Below, piece by piece: positions 15,173-24,820 of a stretch of 64,000 bases of DNA. Where the stretch lies: NCBI GenBank assembly GCA_000989185.1, contig LBNX01000004.1, forward strand, positions 23,797 through 87,796. The letters run 5' to 3'. The notes beneath the pieces were generated by a model that saw only the letters and a program-made list of their open reading frames with translations, did no database searches and had not been told where the DNA came from. The DNA is from a candidate division TM6 bacterium GW2011_GWF2_28_16 (lineage in GTDB: Bacteria; Babelota; Babeliae; Babelales; UASB340). The position numbers and the translations under genes were made by a program. Each line of letters begins with the position of its first letter. Positions within the stretch are counted from its first letter, which is position 1.

Positions 15173-16603
15173 TTAATTATCTTGATTTAATTTTTTTCTT
15201 GAAAACCAACTTTTAAATTTATTAACTATATTGTTACTTGTTGATAATATAACGTTTGTTCCAACACCAGAAGCAAGAGCTGTTGCTACAGGAACTAGTA
15301 ACATTTGTGGAATTGAATAACCAGAAAGATCACAGTTGTTATATTTTGCATATTGTTCTAATAATTGATAAAAGAACATTGTTTGTCCTGCTGTAATGCC
15401 TGTTATCCAAGAAAATTTACTAATATTGTTTGAAGTATTATCTTCACCAATTCTTGCATTTTGCATAGATAAAACTTTTTTTAGATCTGTATTTTCACCT
15501 GTTATTTTTGTTATGACAGATTTATTTTCTTCGATGGCTTGTTTAAGTTCATCAATTTGTGTTTTATAATTGTTTAATTCTTGAGCTAAATTTTCAATTA
15601 ATTTAGCAAAATCGTTATCTTTAGAATTTATATTTTTTGTATTTATATTAAGTGTTTTAACAATAAATTCTAAAGTTTCTATTTTGTTTTTTAATTCTTG
15701 ATCTTTTTCTTGAAATAGTTTTTCTAAATTGCCATATTTATTTACATAATCAGTTATAGTTTCTTGAGCTGTTTTTACATTTTCTTCTAAAGAATTATTT
15801 AAAGTATTTAATGCTTTTATGGATTCAGATAATTCTTTATTTTCTATTGTTTTAGTATTTAAGTCTTGAGTTATAGATTCTATTGTTTCATTTAAACTTA
15901 AAACTTGTGTTGAAAGTTTTGCATTTTCATTTTGATGTGATTTGTTTGTATTTTCTAATTCTTCAATTTTATTTGGTAAATCTAAATCGTTTAAATTTTT
16001 ATTTAAATTTTGTGCAGCTTCAAGTTCTTTTATAGTTAATATTAATGTTTCATTAAGTCTTTCTATTTCGGCAGATTTAGTTGTATCTAATGTTTTTATT
16101 TCTGTATTTAAGTCAGAAATTTTGGTGTTAAGTTTTACACTTTCTTCTGTTAATGTTTTTATATGATTATTAACACCTTCGATTATCTTTTTTGCATTAT
16201 CGGTTATTACTAAACCAGCTTTAACTAAATCATAAGAAAATGATTCAAATGCAAGTTTTAATTCTTCTTTATAACAGTTTGGAGCACTATTAATTAAGCT
16301 TTCTGTTTCTTTTAAAAATTCAAAAATAGCATTTAAAGTTTCTAATTTTGATTTATCTGTTAAGTTTTTTAATTTATTTTCTAATGTAATAAAAATACTT
16401 TCTTTAAAATTTTTTGTTGTTGTGTAATTGGTTCTTGTTTTAGTATTTTTGAGTCCAGTTGATAATGTATTTGTAAATGTTTCAAATATGCTTTCTATAT
16501 TATTTACTTTCTCGTACATATTATTTGTAAAATCACCAAAAGACTTAACTTGTGTAAATAATATTAACCCCGTTAATATTATTGAGTTTATAATTTTTTT
16601 CAT
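15173..16603 (-). CDS. secreted coiled-coil protein with hydrophobic C-terminal region
   Basis: Start moved to the ATG at 16603, with GGAGGT 7 nt upstream. Signal peptide MKKIINSIILTGLILFTQVKS. Long heptad-like E/K/N/L-rich core and two C-terminal hydrophobic stretches. Confidence 0.55.
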   Translation of the reverse strand: MKKIINSIILTGLILFTQVKSFGDFTNNMYEKVNNIESIFETFTNTLSTGLKNTKTRTNYTTTKNFKESIFITLENKLKNLTDKSKLETLNAIFEFLKETESLINSAPNCYKEELKLAFESFSYDLVKAGLVITDNAKKIIEGVNNHIKTLTEESVKLNTKISDLNTEIKTLDTTKSAEIERLNETLILTIKELEAAQNLNKNLNDLDLPNKIEELENTNKSHQNENAKLSTQVLSLNETIESITQDLNTKTIENKELSESIKALNTLNNSLEENVKTAQETITDYVNKYGNLEKLFQEKDQELKNKIETLEFIVKTLNINTKNINSKDNDFAKLIENLAQELNNYKTQIDELKQAIEENKSVITKITGENTDLKKVLSMQNARIGEDNTSNNISKFSWITGITAGQTMFFYQLLEQYAKYNNCDLSGYSIPQMLLVPVATALASGVGTNVILSTSNNIVNKFKSWFSRKKLNQDN

Positions 16604-16617
16604 ATTTAAAACCTCCA

Positions 16618-17163
16618 TTAATCTTTACCAAAAAAACAACCAGATTTTTCTGTATATGTTCCATTTTCACGAACATTTTTAGCACACTCTTTAACTGTTG
16701 GTTGTTTATATTCTGTAATATTGCATACTGGGCATTTTGTTTCTATTTTATTTATACAATTACCAGGAACTTTAATGTATTCTGTTATTGTTGTGTTTGT
16801 ACAATTAAACGCTGTTGGGTTAGTAGGTGTAATAACTTTTGAATTATGCAAATAATAACCACCAACTCCAGAACCTGTTAATATCATAAGTATTATAACT
16901 AAGTTTGTAGGAGAAATTTTTGAATTATTTTGTGCTTTATTTTTCCATGCACTTGTTAAGTTTAAAATTGCTTCTTCTGTTTTTTTCTTATCTATTTTAT
17001 CTAATTTTCGCATGTTATCTTGTTCTTGACGTTTATCTTTTTTGCAAAAAGTAGATACTGTTGGTTTATAATATCTTAATTCTGCATTAAGATTTTGCAC
17101 AGATAAAGCAACAAGTGTTGATAATATCAAACCTGATATTAAATTTTTTATAGATTTATTCAT
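16618..17163 (-). CDS. hypothetical signal-peptide protein with one TM helix and a Cys-rich C-terminal domain
   Basis: 181 aa with signal peptide, TM helix LVIILMILTGSGVGGYYL and 8 Cys in the last 70 residues. Same strand as 15173-16603; its stop (16618-16620) lies 14 nt before the preferred ATG at 16603. Confidence 0.5.
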   Translation of the reverse strand: MNKSIKNLISGLILSTLVALSVQNLNAELRYYKPTVSTFCKKDKRQEQDNMRKLDKIDKKKTEEAILNLTSAWKNKAQNNSKISPTNLVIILMILTGSGVGGYYLHNSKVITPTNPTAFNCTNTTITEYIKVPGNCINKIETKCPVCNITEYKQPTVKECAKNVRENGTYTEKSGCFFGKD

Positions 17164-17270
17164 GATATAACCCCCAATAAATTTATTTATAACCTCTATT
17201 ATTAATTATAATAAATATACACAATATTTGGGGTTTTAAAAAATGAGTTTTTCGAGTGAATTTTTGATAC

Positions 17271-17310
17271 AAAAAGGGCAAAAAACGTAAAAAAAACGTT
17301 TTTTGCCCTA
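17271..17310 (-). terminator. rho-independent terminator after the VOC-family gene
   Basis: GGGCAAAAAACG (17276-17287) pairs with CGTTTTTTGCCC (17297-17308). A T-run follows on the minus strand. Confidence 0.6.
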
Positions 17311-17328
17311 AAAATCTTTAAATTTGAT

Positions 17329-17913
17329 TTATTTTTGTAGGCTTTTTACCCAATTTTTTGAATATTTTTTAGAAGCTCTACGCAAAATACCTAGTGTTTT
17401 TAGATATTTTATCATTCGTTCAATAACTTGAGCATCTTGGGCAGGATTGCCGGTAATATCTTTTTTGCCAAGACCTGAGTGTAAAAAATGTTCTGGAGCT
17501 TTATAGTTTTCTAACTTTTGAGCAAAAGTTAATTTAATTCCAAATGGATCTTTTACTGCAAAAGTTTTATATCCATAATTTTCATCTTTTAAAGATTGAA
17601 CAATCTGGACTCCTTTTTGTTCACATTTTTTAAAGTATTTTTCTAGTCCTTTTTTCATTTCTATAAAAATACCAACACTTCTGCTAGCACATCTTTTGAT
17701 AAAGCTAAATTCTGCTAGCTCTTCTATGTGAGGAGCTCTAAGCATTAAAAAGCATTTACCTTTGCGTAAATGTGCATATGTAATTTGTTCATCCTCACCA
17801 GGATTTTTTTCTGTTATTAGTTCTACTACATCAAAGGCTAATTTTTCAGTATAAAATTTTGTAGCCTTTTCTACAGATTCTACAACTAAAACAGTTGTTC
17901 CAGACTTCATCAT
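17329..17913 (-). CDS. VOC (glyoxalase/bleomycin-resistance) family protein with C-terminal extension
   Basis: 194 aa. The N-terminal 120 aa follow the beta-alpha-beta-beta-beta pattern (VVESVEKATKFYTEKLAFDV...YGYKTFAVKDPFGIKLTF). Assignment is by pattern only. Confidence 0.45.
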   Translation of the reverse strand: MMKSGTTVLVVESVEKATKFYTEKLAFDVVELITEKNPGEDEQITYAHLRKGKCFLMLRAPHIEELAEFSFIKRCASRSVGIFIEMKKGLEKYFKKCEQKGVQIVQSLKDENYGYKTFAVKDPFGIKLTFAQKLENYKAPEHFLHSGLGKKDITGNPAQDAQVIERMIKYLKTLGILRRASKKYSKNWVKSLQK

Positions 17914-17954
17914 ATCTTTCTCTCCGTCTTGCTTACCGCCAAAATAAAATTTGC

Positions 17955-18221
17955 CTATTTTTGAATGGCAACAAGCTTTTGTACAAGCCTGCTTACTTTG
18001 CGTGAAGCAGTATTTTTCTTAAATAGGCCCTTACCTGCAGCTCTATTAATTTTGCTTTCTGCTAATGCTAATAATTCTTTAGCTGTTTTTGCATCTTTGT
18101 TTTCTATTGCAGAGCTATATTTCTTTATAATAGATTTAATCTCTGTTTTTCTAGCTAAATTAATTTCTCTTCTTTTTTCGTTGGTTTTTGCTCTTTTTTT
18201 TGATGACTTTAAATTTGCCAT
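17955..18221 (-). CDS. rpsT: 30S ribosomal protein S20
   Basis: 88 aa, MANLKSSKKRAKTNEKRREINLARK..., a typical S20. Confidence 0.9.
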   Translation of the reverse strand: MANLKSSKKRAKTNEKRREINLARKTEIKSIIKKYSSAIENKDAKTAKELLALAESKINRAAGKGLFKKNTASRKVSRLVQKLVAIQK

Positions 18222-18253
18222 ATTTTATTTAATCCCAAAATATTTATAATAAT

Positions 18254-18451
18254 TTAAACAACTTTTTCTATTTTTCCAGATTTTAAGCATTTAGTACAAA
18301 CTGCACCACGTTTAACATTTTTTTGACCTTTTAATGTAAAACGTATTGTGTGAACATTTGGGTAAACCCAACGTTTGGTTCTATTGTTTGCATTACTTAC
18401 ATTGTTTGCGACTTGTGGTCTTTTGTCGCATATAACACATATATTTGCCAT
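18254..18451 (-). CDS. rpmB: 50S ribosomal protein L28
   Basis: 65 aa, MANICVICDKRPQVANNVSNANNRTKRWVYPNV, a typical L28. Confidence 0.9.
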   Translation of the reverse strand: MANICVICDKRPQVANNVSNANNRTKRWVYPNVHTIRFTLKGQKNVKRGAVCTKCLKSGKIEKVV

Positions 18452-18461
18452 TTTATCATGT

Positions 18462-18540
18462 CCCTTAGGTTATGCTCGTTCGAGTTCCCTTTGACTACGC
18501 TCAGGGCGAACGAGACGCTCCTGTTCAAGTCTTACCCTTT
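18462..18540. repeat. GC-rich palindromic element between ftsH and rpmB
   Basis: CTCGTTCG (18475-18482) pairs with CGAACGAG (18507-18514). Shares the core CTCAGGGCGAACGAGA with the cca insert. GC is clearly elevated against the AT-rich spacer. Confidence 0.6.
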
Positions 18541-18640
18541 TATGGGTATTAATAAATAACATTATACAATTTTATTATGTTTATAATAACAAAAATTTTA
18601 TTTTTTAAAACACTTATAATACTAAAATTATTAACTAATT

Positions 18641-20509
18641 TTAATTTTCTTTCCATGCATGTGTAATTCTAGGCTTAATATTTAATAATTCATAAACCTG
18701 TTCAGCCTGCAAAGTCTCTTCTAGTATTAATTTTTGCGCTAACAATTCGAGTTTTTCTTTGTTTTCTATTAGTAAATTTTGGGCTTTAGTATAACATTCT
18801 TGTATAATTTTTTCTATTTGTTCATCTACTAATTGTGCTGTTTTTTCCGAATGTCTTGGAGCTGCTTGTATATCTCGGCCAAGATATGGGTGTTCTTTTG
18901 TATCATCAAATGTAATAGGTCCCAATTCTGACATGCCAAAACGGGTTACCATTTTGCGGGCAATATTTGTTGCAACTTCTATGTCGTTACTTGCGCCACT
19001 GGTTTGTTCATTGAATTTTAATTTTTCAGCAAGCATTCCGCCCTGTAAAACCATAATTCTAGAAAGCATTTCACTTTTAGTTTCTGAATATTTATCTTTT
19101 TCTGGTAATGACCATGAAACACCCAAAGCTCTTCCTCTAGGGATAATAGAAACTTTATGAAATGGGTCTGTATCTGGTAATAATAAATTTAATAAGGTAT
19201 GACCAGATTCATGATATGCTGTTAACTCTTTTTCTTTATCGCTTAAACCTAGTGTTTTTCTTTCTGAGCCTAGCATAATTTTGTCTCTTGCCATTTCAAA
19301 ATCGTTTATTTCTACGCTTGCTTTGTTTGCTTTTGATGCTATTAAAGTTGCTTCGTTAATTAAGTTTTCTAAATCAGCTCCAGAAAAACCTGGTGTTCCA
19401 CGAGCGATTTTTTCTAGATCCATAGTAGGGCTTAGTTTTACATTTTTGACATGTACTTGTAATATTTTAAACCTACTGTCTAAGTCTGGATAAGGTACTT
19501 CAATAATTCTGTCAAAACGTCCTGGTCTTAATAATGCTTTATCTAAAACATCAGGTCTATTTGTTGCTGCTAAAATTATAACAGCACCATGTTCTGTTGA
19601 AAACCCATCCATTTCTGCTAATAATTGGTTTAATGTCTGTTCACGTTCGTCGTTACCGCCACCAAGGCCAATACCACGTTGTCTGCCAACAGCATCAATT
19701 TCATCTATAAAAACAATGCAAGGTGCATTTTTTTTGGCTTGAGCAAATAAATCACGAACTCGTGATGCGCCAACGCCTACAAAAACTTCAACAAAATCTG
19801 AACCTGAAATACTAAAAAATGGACAGTTAGCTTCACCTGCAACTGCTTTTGCCAAAAGAGTTTTGCCATTTCCTGGTGCACCTGTTAATAGAATACCTTT
19901 AGGAATTTTTGCACCTAAGCGTTCAAATTTTGCAGGGTTTTTTAAAAACTCTACAATATCTTTTAAATCTTCCTTGGCTTCTTGAACACCGGCTACATCT
20001 TTAAAATTTACATTTATAGTATTGGGTGAAAAAAATCTGGCTTTGCTTTTACCAACGTTAAATATTTTGCCAGCACCACTTGAACCGTTTTGTCCTTGAC
20101 GCATGTACATAAGCCATAAAAATATTAATAACAAAGGCAATAATGAGAAAAATAATAACCCGCCCCAGCCTTGTTTTTCGGCTGGTATTATGTTTGTTAT
20201 TATATTTTTTTCTTTAGCTAAATCACAAATTTTTTCTGGTGAGACTATATAAGTTTCAAATATTTTGCCATTTTTTAGTTTGCCTTGCACATGTTGATCT
20301 TGAATAGCAATAGATTCAACTTTATCTGTGCTTATTAATTCAATTAAATTTGTATAATTAATTTGTTCTATTTGTCTGTTGCCACTATTGTACCAAAACA
20401 AATAAACAAGTCCCATTGCGAGTAATACAAAAAGTAACCAGACGGCATTTGGTCCTTTTTTGTTAAAACCCGTTTTTTTTTCGTTTGTTGGTTTTTTTTT
20501 ATTTATCAT
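18641..20509 (-). CDS. ftsH: ATP-dependent zinc metalloprotease FtsH
   Basis: 622 aa with Walker A GAPGNGKT, the second region of homology, and the zinc motif HESGH. Confidence 0.95.
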   Translation of the reverse strand: MINKKKPTNEKKTGFNKKGPNAVWLLFVLLAMGLVYLFWYNSGNRQIEQINYTNLIELISTDKVESIAIQDQHVQGKLKNGKIFETYIVSPEKICDLAKEKNIITNIIPAEKQGWGGLLFFSLLPLLLIFLWLMYMRQGQNGSSGAGKIFNVGKSKARFFSPNTINVNFKDVAGVQEAKEDLKDIVEFLKNPAKFERLGAKIPKGILLTGAPGNGKTLLAKAVAGEANCPFFSISGSDFVEVFVGVGASRVRDLFAQAKKNAPCIVFIDEIDAVGRQRGIGLGGGNDEREQTLNQLLAEMDGFSTEHGAVIILAATNRPDVLDKALLRPGRFDRIIEVPYPDLDSRFKILQVHVKNVKLSPTMDLEKIARGTPGFSGADLENLINEATLIASKANKASVEINDFEMARDKIMLGSERKTLGLSDKEKELTAYHESGHTLLNLLLPDTDPFHKVSIIPRGRALGVSWSLPEKDKYSETKSEMLSRIMVLQGGMLAEKLKFNEQTSGASNDIEVATNIARKMVTRFGMSELGPITFDDTKEHPYLGRDIQAAPRHSEKTAQLVDEQIEKIIQECYTKAQNLLIENKEKLELLAQKLILEETLQAEQVYELLNIKPRITHAWKEN

Positions 20510-20540
20510 AATTAAAGCCTCTTAATATTTATATTAATAA

Positions 20541-21869
20541 TTACGCAATAATTGGGGTTTTGCTCCATTTTGGAAAACTCTTTGGTGCAGTTGTTTGTGT
20601 TAATACTCTAATTCGTCCACTGTTGATATTTAATACTGCTATTTGCTGAGTCTGAGCCCCCTTCTTGTATTCAAAGTCATAAGAGAATAACACAAAACGG
20701 CCACATTGTGAAATATCCGGTTCATGTTTATTTCCAAAATTAAATGTAAGTTGTTTTTCTTCTAAATTTTCTAAATTACTTAAATTTAACGAAAATAACT
20801 GAAATGTTCCATTAACGCTTCTGGTATAGGTAATAGAGTTAGTTTTTTCACAATATGTTGGTGCGGCACAATAGCCTGTTCCATTGGTCAGTCTTGTTGT
20901 TTTATTATTTTTAATATCGAGTAAATATATTTGTGGTAACCCTGTCTGAAAATCTGAACAAAATATTAAATTGCCATTATCAAGTAGGCATGGCGAGACG
21001 TTGTTACCATTATTTTTCGTTAATTGTTTGAACACTTTTTTATTTAATTTTTTATTAGTTGCAGCATCATATAAATAAATTTCTGTATTTTTGCCACCAG
21101 ACATGCATAATGCTACTTTAGAACCATCTTTAGAAAATGAAGGTTGCATGTTAATGCCGTCATAGGAGCATATTGTGTTACTATTTTTATTTGAAAAATT
21201 AAATGATTTAAGATTTATTTTTTCTGTTGCGAGTTGAGAATAATAAATTATTGGCAATTTTGTATGCCAGCTTGGTGCAATATTAATTGTTCTGGCAGCA
21301 GAAATTATTGTATTTTCAAAATTGCAGGCATAATCTGCTAGACATACATTTTTTTGTTTATTATTTATCATTTTTGAGTATGCAACGTAATATTGGCTTA
21401 TTGGCATTTCGCCGGTTAATATTGGTAATAATTTTGCCGATATATTATGTCCTGTTTTTATTAAATTATCTTTATTTAGTGTTATATTTTCTGTATATAA
21501 AGTTTTTGCACAAGATAAATCTTTAAGCGTTATATTAATATTATTATTGGTATTATCTAAAATATATAAACATAAGCTTGTATCTTTACTAAATAAATTT
21601 TTTTCTATTTCTGGCGTTGGCATAGTAATGGTTTTTTTTAGATTTAATTCTAGTTGATCTGTAAATTCAAGGTCATATTTTAATGTTTTGCTAAATTTAA
21701 TTAAATCTTGATTATTGTCTTTACTTATTATTAGTTCAAGACAATTTATTTTTGCATTTGTTAAATCATTGCTGTCAACGCTAAAGCTTAAATCTGTTAC
21801 AGCGTATAAATTTATATTTAATAAAATATTTATTATTAATATTAAATATTTTTTAAAAAAATTATTCAT
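20541..21869 (-). CDS. tolB: TolB-like periplasmic beta-propeller protein
   Basis: 442 aa with signal peptide. Has repeated P.FSKDG/..IY motifs, and sits after tolQ-tolR-tolA. Confidence 0.7.
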   Translation of the reverse strand: MNNFFKKYLILIINILLNINLYAVTDLSFSVDSNDLTNAKINCLELIISKDNNQDLIKFSKTLKYDLEFTDQLELNLKKTITMPTPEIEKNLFSKDTSLCLYILDNTNNNINITLKDLSCAKTLYTENITLNKDNLIKTGHNISAKLLPILTGEMPISQYYVAYSKMINNKQKNVCLADYACNFENTIISAARTINIAPSWHTKLPIIYYSQLATEKINLKSFNFSNKNSNTICSYDGINMQPSFSKDGSKVALCMSGGKNTEIYLYDAATNKKLNKKVFKQLTKNNGNNVSPCLLDNGNLIFCSDFQTGLPQIYLLDIKNNKTTRLTNGTGYCAAPTYCEKTNSITYTRSVNGTFQLFSLNLSNLENLEEKQLTFNFGNKHEPDISQCGRFVLFSYDFEYKKGAQTQQIAVLNINSGRIRVLTQTTAPKSFPKWSKTPIIA

Positions 21870-21877
21870 AAATTCCT

Positions 21878-22714
21878 CTATTGTCTAAAATCGATAGTAA
21901 AAATTTTACCACATAAAAAACCATAAAATTTAAATTGTTTAATAGCATTTATTATACTTAGATCATAAATTAAAATATTTGATTTTTCTGTAAAATTAAA
22001 TTCTGTTACATTACCATTACTGTCTGTAGCTAATTTTAATTTGCATTCGGTTCCTTTTGGTACGCCTACTGGTGGGTGCCAAGTTGTTTTTACGATTCCT
22101 TTAATTTGTTCTCCAGCTGCTTTAAGGTTAGGATCTTGCTCTCCTGTTTCTTCTAGATTAAATACTAGTTCTTGATTTTCTTGGATATTATTTTCTGGAG
22201 TTATTTCTGGTTCTAATTCTTTTTCTGGTTCTGGGGCCTGTTCAGGTTCTTGGGCTTTTTCTTTTTTTTGGTCTATTTTTTTAGGTTTTTCTTCTTTTTT
22301 TTGTTTAACTTTTTTCTTTTTTTTCTCTTGTGATTCTTTTATTTTAGACTCTTGTTCGAGCTTTTTTTGTTTTGCGAGTTCTAGATCACGGGTCTTAGCC
22401 TGGGATGACAATATCTTTGCCTTTTTTTGTGCTTCTATTTTTGCCTTGCGAGCTTTTTCGGCTTTAATTTTTGCATTTCGTTTTTCTTTTAATTCTTTTT
22501 CTTGAGCGATTCTTTTTGCATACCAGTTAGTTTGTTTATTTTCTTTATTAGATTTAAATAATGCTTGAGTTGGGATTTTAGAGTGAGCTCCATATACTAA
22601 AAAATGTTTGTCTATTTTTTTATTATATAGTCCTGTAAAAAGGGCAATAAGTATTATTGTTATATGTATCCAAAAAGAACGTATTATATATTTTTTTAGT
22701 ATTTTATCTTCCAT
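21878..22714 (-). CDS. tolA: TolA-like protein (N-terminal anchor, K/E-rich spacer, C-terminal globular domain)
   Basis: 278 aa with TM helix IIRSFWIHITIILIALFTGL and a long KEKxxAK-rich region. Called mainly by its position in the tol cluster. Confidence 0.55.
   Translation of the reverse strand: MEDKILKKYIIRSFWIHITIILIALFTGLYNKKIDKHFLVYGAHSKIPTQALFKSNKENKQTNWYAKRIAQEKELKEKRNAKIKAEKARKAKIEAQKKAKILSSQAKTRDLELAKQKKLEQESKIKESQEKKKKKVKQKKEEKPKKIDQKKEKAQEPEQAPEPEKELEPEITPENNIQENQELVFNLEETGEQDPNLKAAGEQIKGIVKTTWHPPVGVPKGTECKLKLATDSNGNVTEFNFTEKSNILIYDLSIINAIKQFKFYGFLCGKIFTIDFRQ
22379..22411 (-). repeat. F-type hairpin repeat translated in frame within tolA-like gene
   Basis: The sense strand reads TTGTCATCCCAGG-ctaaga-CCCGTGATCTAGAA and encodes LSSQAKTRDLE. 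Orientation and reading frame match the cca copy, which encodes LSSRARTRDLE. Confidence 0.7.
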
Positions 22715-22738
22715 GTCATTCCAGACCCTGATTAAATA

Positions 22739-23158
22739 TTAACTGTTTGGCCTTGTTGACATGGCAACATATTTTACACCGGCAAACTTTAATTGGTCTA
22801 CAATTTCTATAACTTTTCCATAAGCTATAGATTCGTCTGCTTTTATATATACAGGTAAATCATCCTTTTGTACTAGAGCTTTTTTTATTGAATCTACAAG
22901 AGTCTCTTTGCTTGTTGGGTAGCTATTAAAGTATATTTTATTATCTTTGCTTAATGTTACTACTAGCTCTTGTTGACTTGCAGCTTCTTTACTTTTTCCA
23001 AATGGCAAGTCTACTTTTATACCATTTTGAACAATAGGAGCTGTAATCATAAATATAACTAGCAAGTTTAACGCTGTATCTATAAGTGGCGTTAAAGTTA
23101 AACTTGTTATTTCTGAATGTTTTCTTTTTCTATTTTTAAAATCTCTAAATCTTGACAC
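22739..23158 (-). CDS. tolR: TolR/ExbD family protein
   Basis: 139 aa. LTPLIDTALNLLVIFMITAP is the ExbD/TolR TM signature. Confidence 0.85.
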   Translation of the reverse strand: MSRFRDFKNRKRKHSEITSLTLTPLIDTALNLLVIFMITAPIVQNGIKVDLPFGKSKEAASQQELVVTLSKDNKIYFNSYPTSKETLVDSIKKALVQKDDLPVYIKADESIAYGKVIEIVDQLKFAGVKYVAMSTRPNS

Positions 23159-23173
23159 AATATACTCCCATTT

Positions 23174-23857
23174 TTATTTTAAATATTTATTTTTTAAAAT
23201 TACCATATATCTGTCTGTGATATGAGATAATAATTGTTCATGCTTTCTTATTTCGTTAGCATAATAGTTGTAAGCAATCATGGCAGGAATAGCAACAATT
23301 AAACCTGCAAGTGTTGTTACCAAAGCTTCTGCAATACCAGGAGCTACAATGGCAATATCCGCAGATTTTTCTTGGCTTATATTTACAAAAGAATGTATTA
23401 GTCCCCAAATGGTTCCAAATAAACCAATTAATGGCGAAACAGAAGCACTTGTATTTAAAATGTGCAAATATTTTTCTGAATCTACAAGAATTTGGTCTAT
23501 ATTTTGAAAAGACATAAGCTCTAAATTTTCCATATTTTGTAAAGATAATTCGGGGCTGTTTTTGTTTTCTATAACTTCTTTTAAATATATTAAATTATTA
23601 GATAAAAATTCTTGAGCAACAGAAGATTTTTCTTTTTGTGCTAATTCTATTAAATTTTCAAAATTTTTTATTTTTTTTAATTTATTTAATAAATTTTCAA
23701 GATCAAGTTTTTGTTTTTTTAATTCTTTAGATTTTAATAGTACTATTGCAAAACATATAACAGAAAGAAAGAATAAACCGAGTAAAATAAACTTTGTCAT
23801 CCAGTCAGATTGTGCAACCAATGCCCAAGCTGGTGATTTAAATATAAAATCGAACAT
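23174..23857 (-). CDS. tolQ: TolQ/ExbB/MotA family proton-channel protein
   Basis: 227 aa with three TM helices and the conserved C-terminal GIAEALVTTLAGLIVAIP. Confidence 0.85.
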   Translation of the reverse strand: MFDFIFKSPAWALVAQSDWMTKFILLGLFFLSVICFAIVLLKSKELKKQKLDLENLLNKLKKIKNFENLIELAQKEKSSVAQEFLSNNLIYLKEVIENKNSPELSLQNMENLELMSFQNIDQILVDSEKYLHILNTSASVSPLIGLFGTIWGLIHSFVNISQEKSADIAIVAPGIAEALVTTLAGLIVAIPAMIAYNYYANEIRKHEQLLSHITDRYMVILKNKYLK

Positions 23858-23970
23858 GATTAACCCTTTTTTTATTATTTAAAATATTATTTAAAACTAA
23901 AATTATAAAAATTAATTATAAATAAAAAAGCTTATTTAATAAATATAAATAAAAATAAATATTTATTTGC

Positions 23971-24726
23971 CTATATTTTTGTTAATAAAATATTTGAGTT
24001 AATTAATTTGCTTTCTATATCTTGTATATTTTTTAAATTATCGAGATTTATAGCATCTTTTATATTTATATTACCAATTTTTGTGCGAGTTAGTTTATAA
24101 CAAGTAGCATGTGTATTTAATTTTTGTGCTATATCATCTACAAGAGATCTAATATAAGTTCCCTTAGATACATGTGCTTTTATAGTAAAAAAAGGGTAAT
24201 TATAATCTATTAATTTTATATTATAAATTTCACATTCACGTGTTTTATCTTTTATTATTGTATTTAATTCTTGTTCTGTTAATTTTTTTTCTCTTGCTAA
24301 CTTATATAGAGGCTCGCCGTTATATTTTAATGCAGAGTATATTGGTGGTGTTTGAAGGTATTTACCTGTAAAATTTTTTATAGTATCTGTAAGAGTATCA
24401 AGAGTTATATTATTATTATTATTATTATTATTTAAAATAATATTTCCTGTATTATCTAGTGTATCCGTTAGTTCGTGCAATTTACCAGTAGCGATATATT
24501 CTTTATCTGTATTTAAAAATAAATCTATTTGTTTTGTTGCTTTACCTATAGCTATTATTAATAATCCGGTGGCAAAATTGTCTAAGGTTCCTGTGTGGCC
24601 TATTTTTAATTTATTTTTAATAATTTTTTTGATAACTCTTATGCAATCGTAAGAGCTTAAGCTTTCAGGTTTATTTATTAATAAAAAGCCATTTAATTTA
24701 TCGTTTATATTATTCGTATCTGTCAT
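23971..24726 (-). CDS. truB: tRNA pseudouridine(55) synthase
   Basis: 251 aa. Catalytic motif GHTGTLDNFATGLL matches TruB GHxGTLDPxAxG. Confidence 0.85.
   Translation of the reverse strand: MTDTNNINDKLNGFLLINKPESLSSYDCIRVIKKIIKNKLKIGHTGTLDNFATGLLIIAIGKATKQIDLFLNTDKEYIATGKLHELTDTLDNTGNIILNNNNNNNNITLDTLTDTIKNFTGKYLQTPPIYSALKYNGEPLYKLAREKKLTEQELNTIIKDKTRECEIYNIKLIDYNYPFFTIKAHVSKGTYIRSLVDDIAQKLNTHATCYKLTRTKIGNINIKDAINLDNLKNIQDIESKLINSNILLTKI
24409..24432 (-). repeat. (AAT)8 microsatellite encoding Asn8 inside truB
   Basis: Eight consecutive ATT triplets on the plus strand, giving NNNNNNNN in the truB frame. Confidence 0.9.
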
Positions 24727-24820
24727 TTTTTTAATTTATTTTAAATTATTTTTATATTTAATTTTACAAAATATTCGCTAAATTATATTTTATAACAAAA
24801 GTTTAAAATATAGGGAATTT

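Noticed and set aside
19420-19432. GGATCTAGAAAA (minus strand) in ftsH, identical to the 3' flank of the F hairpin.
   Set aside because: There is no adjacent hairpin or GTCATCC flank. The encoded MDLEKIARG is ordinary conserved FtsH sequence, so this is a coincidental match.
22715-22742. GTCATTCCAGACCCTGATTAAA at the tolA start / tolR stop junction, as a seventh, internally deleted F copy.
   Set aside because: The flanks match partially, but the stem-loop is missing. This is too degenerate to call without a family alignment.
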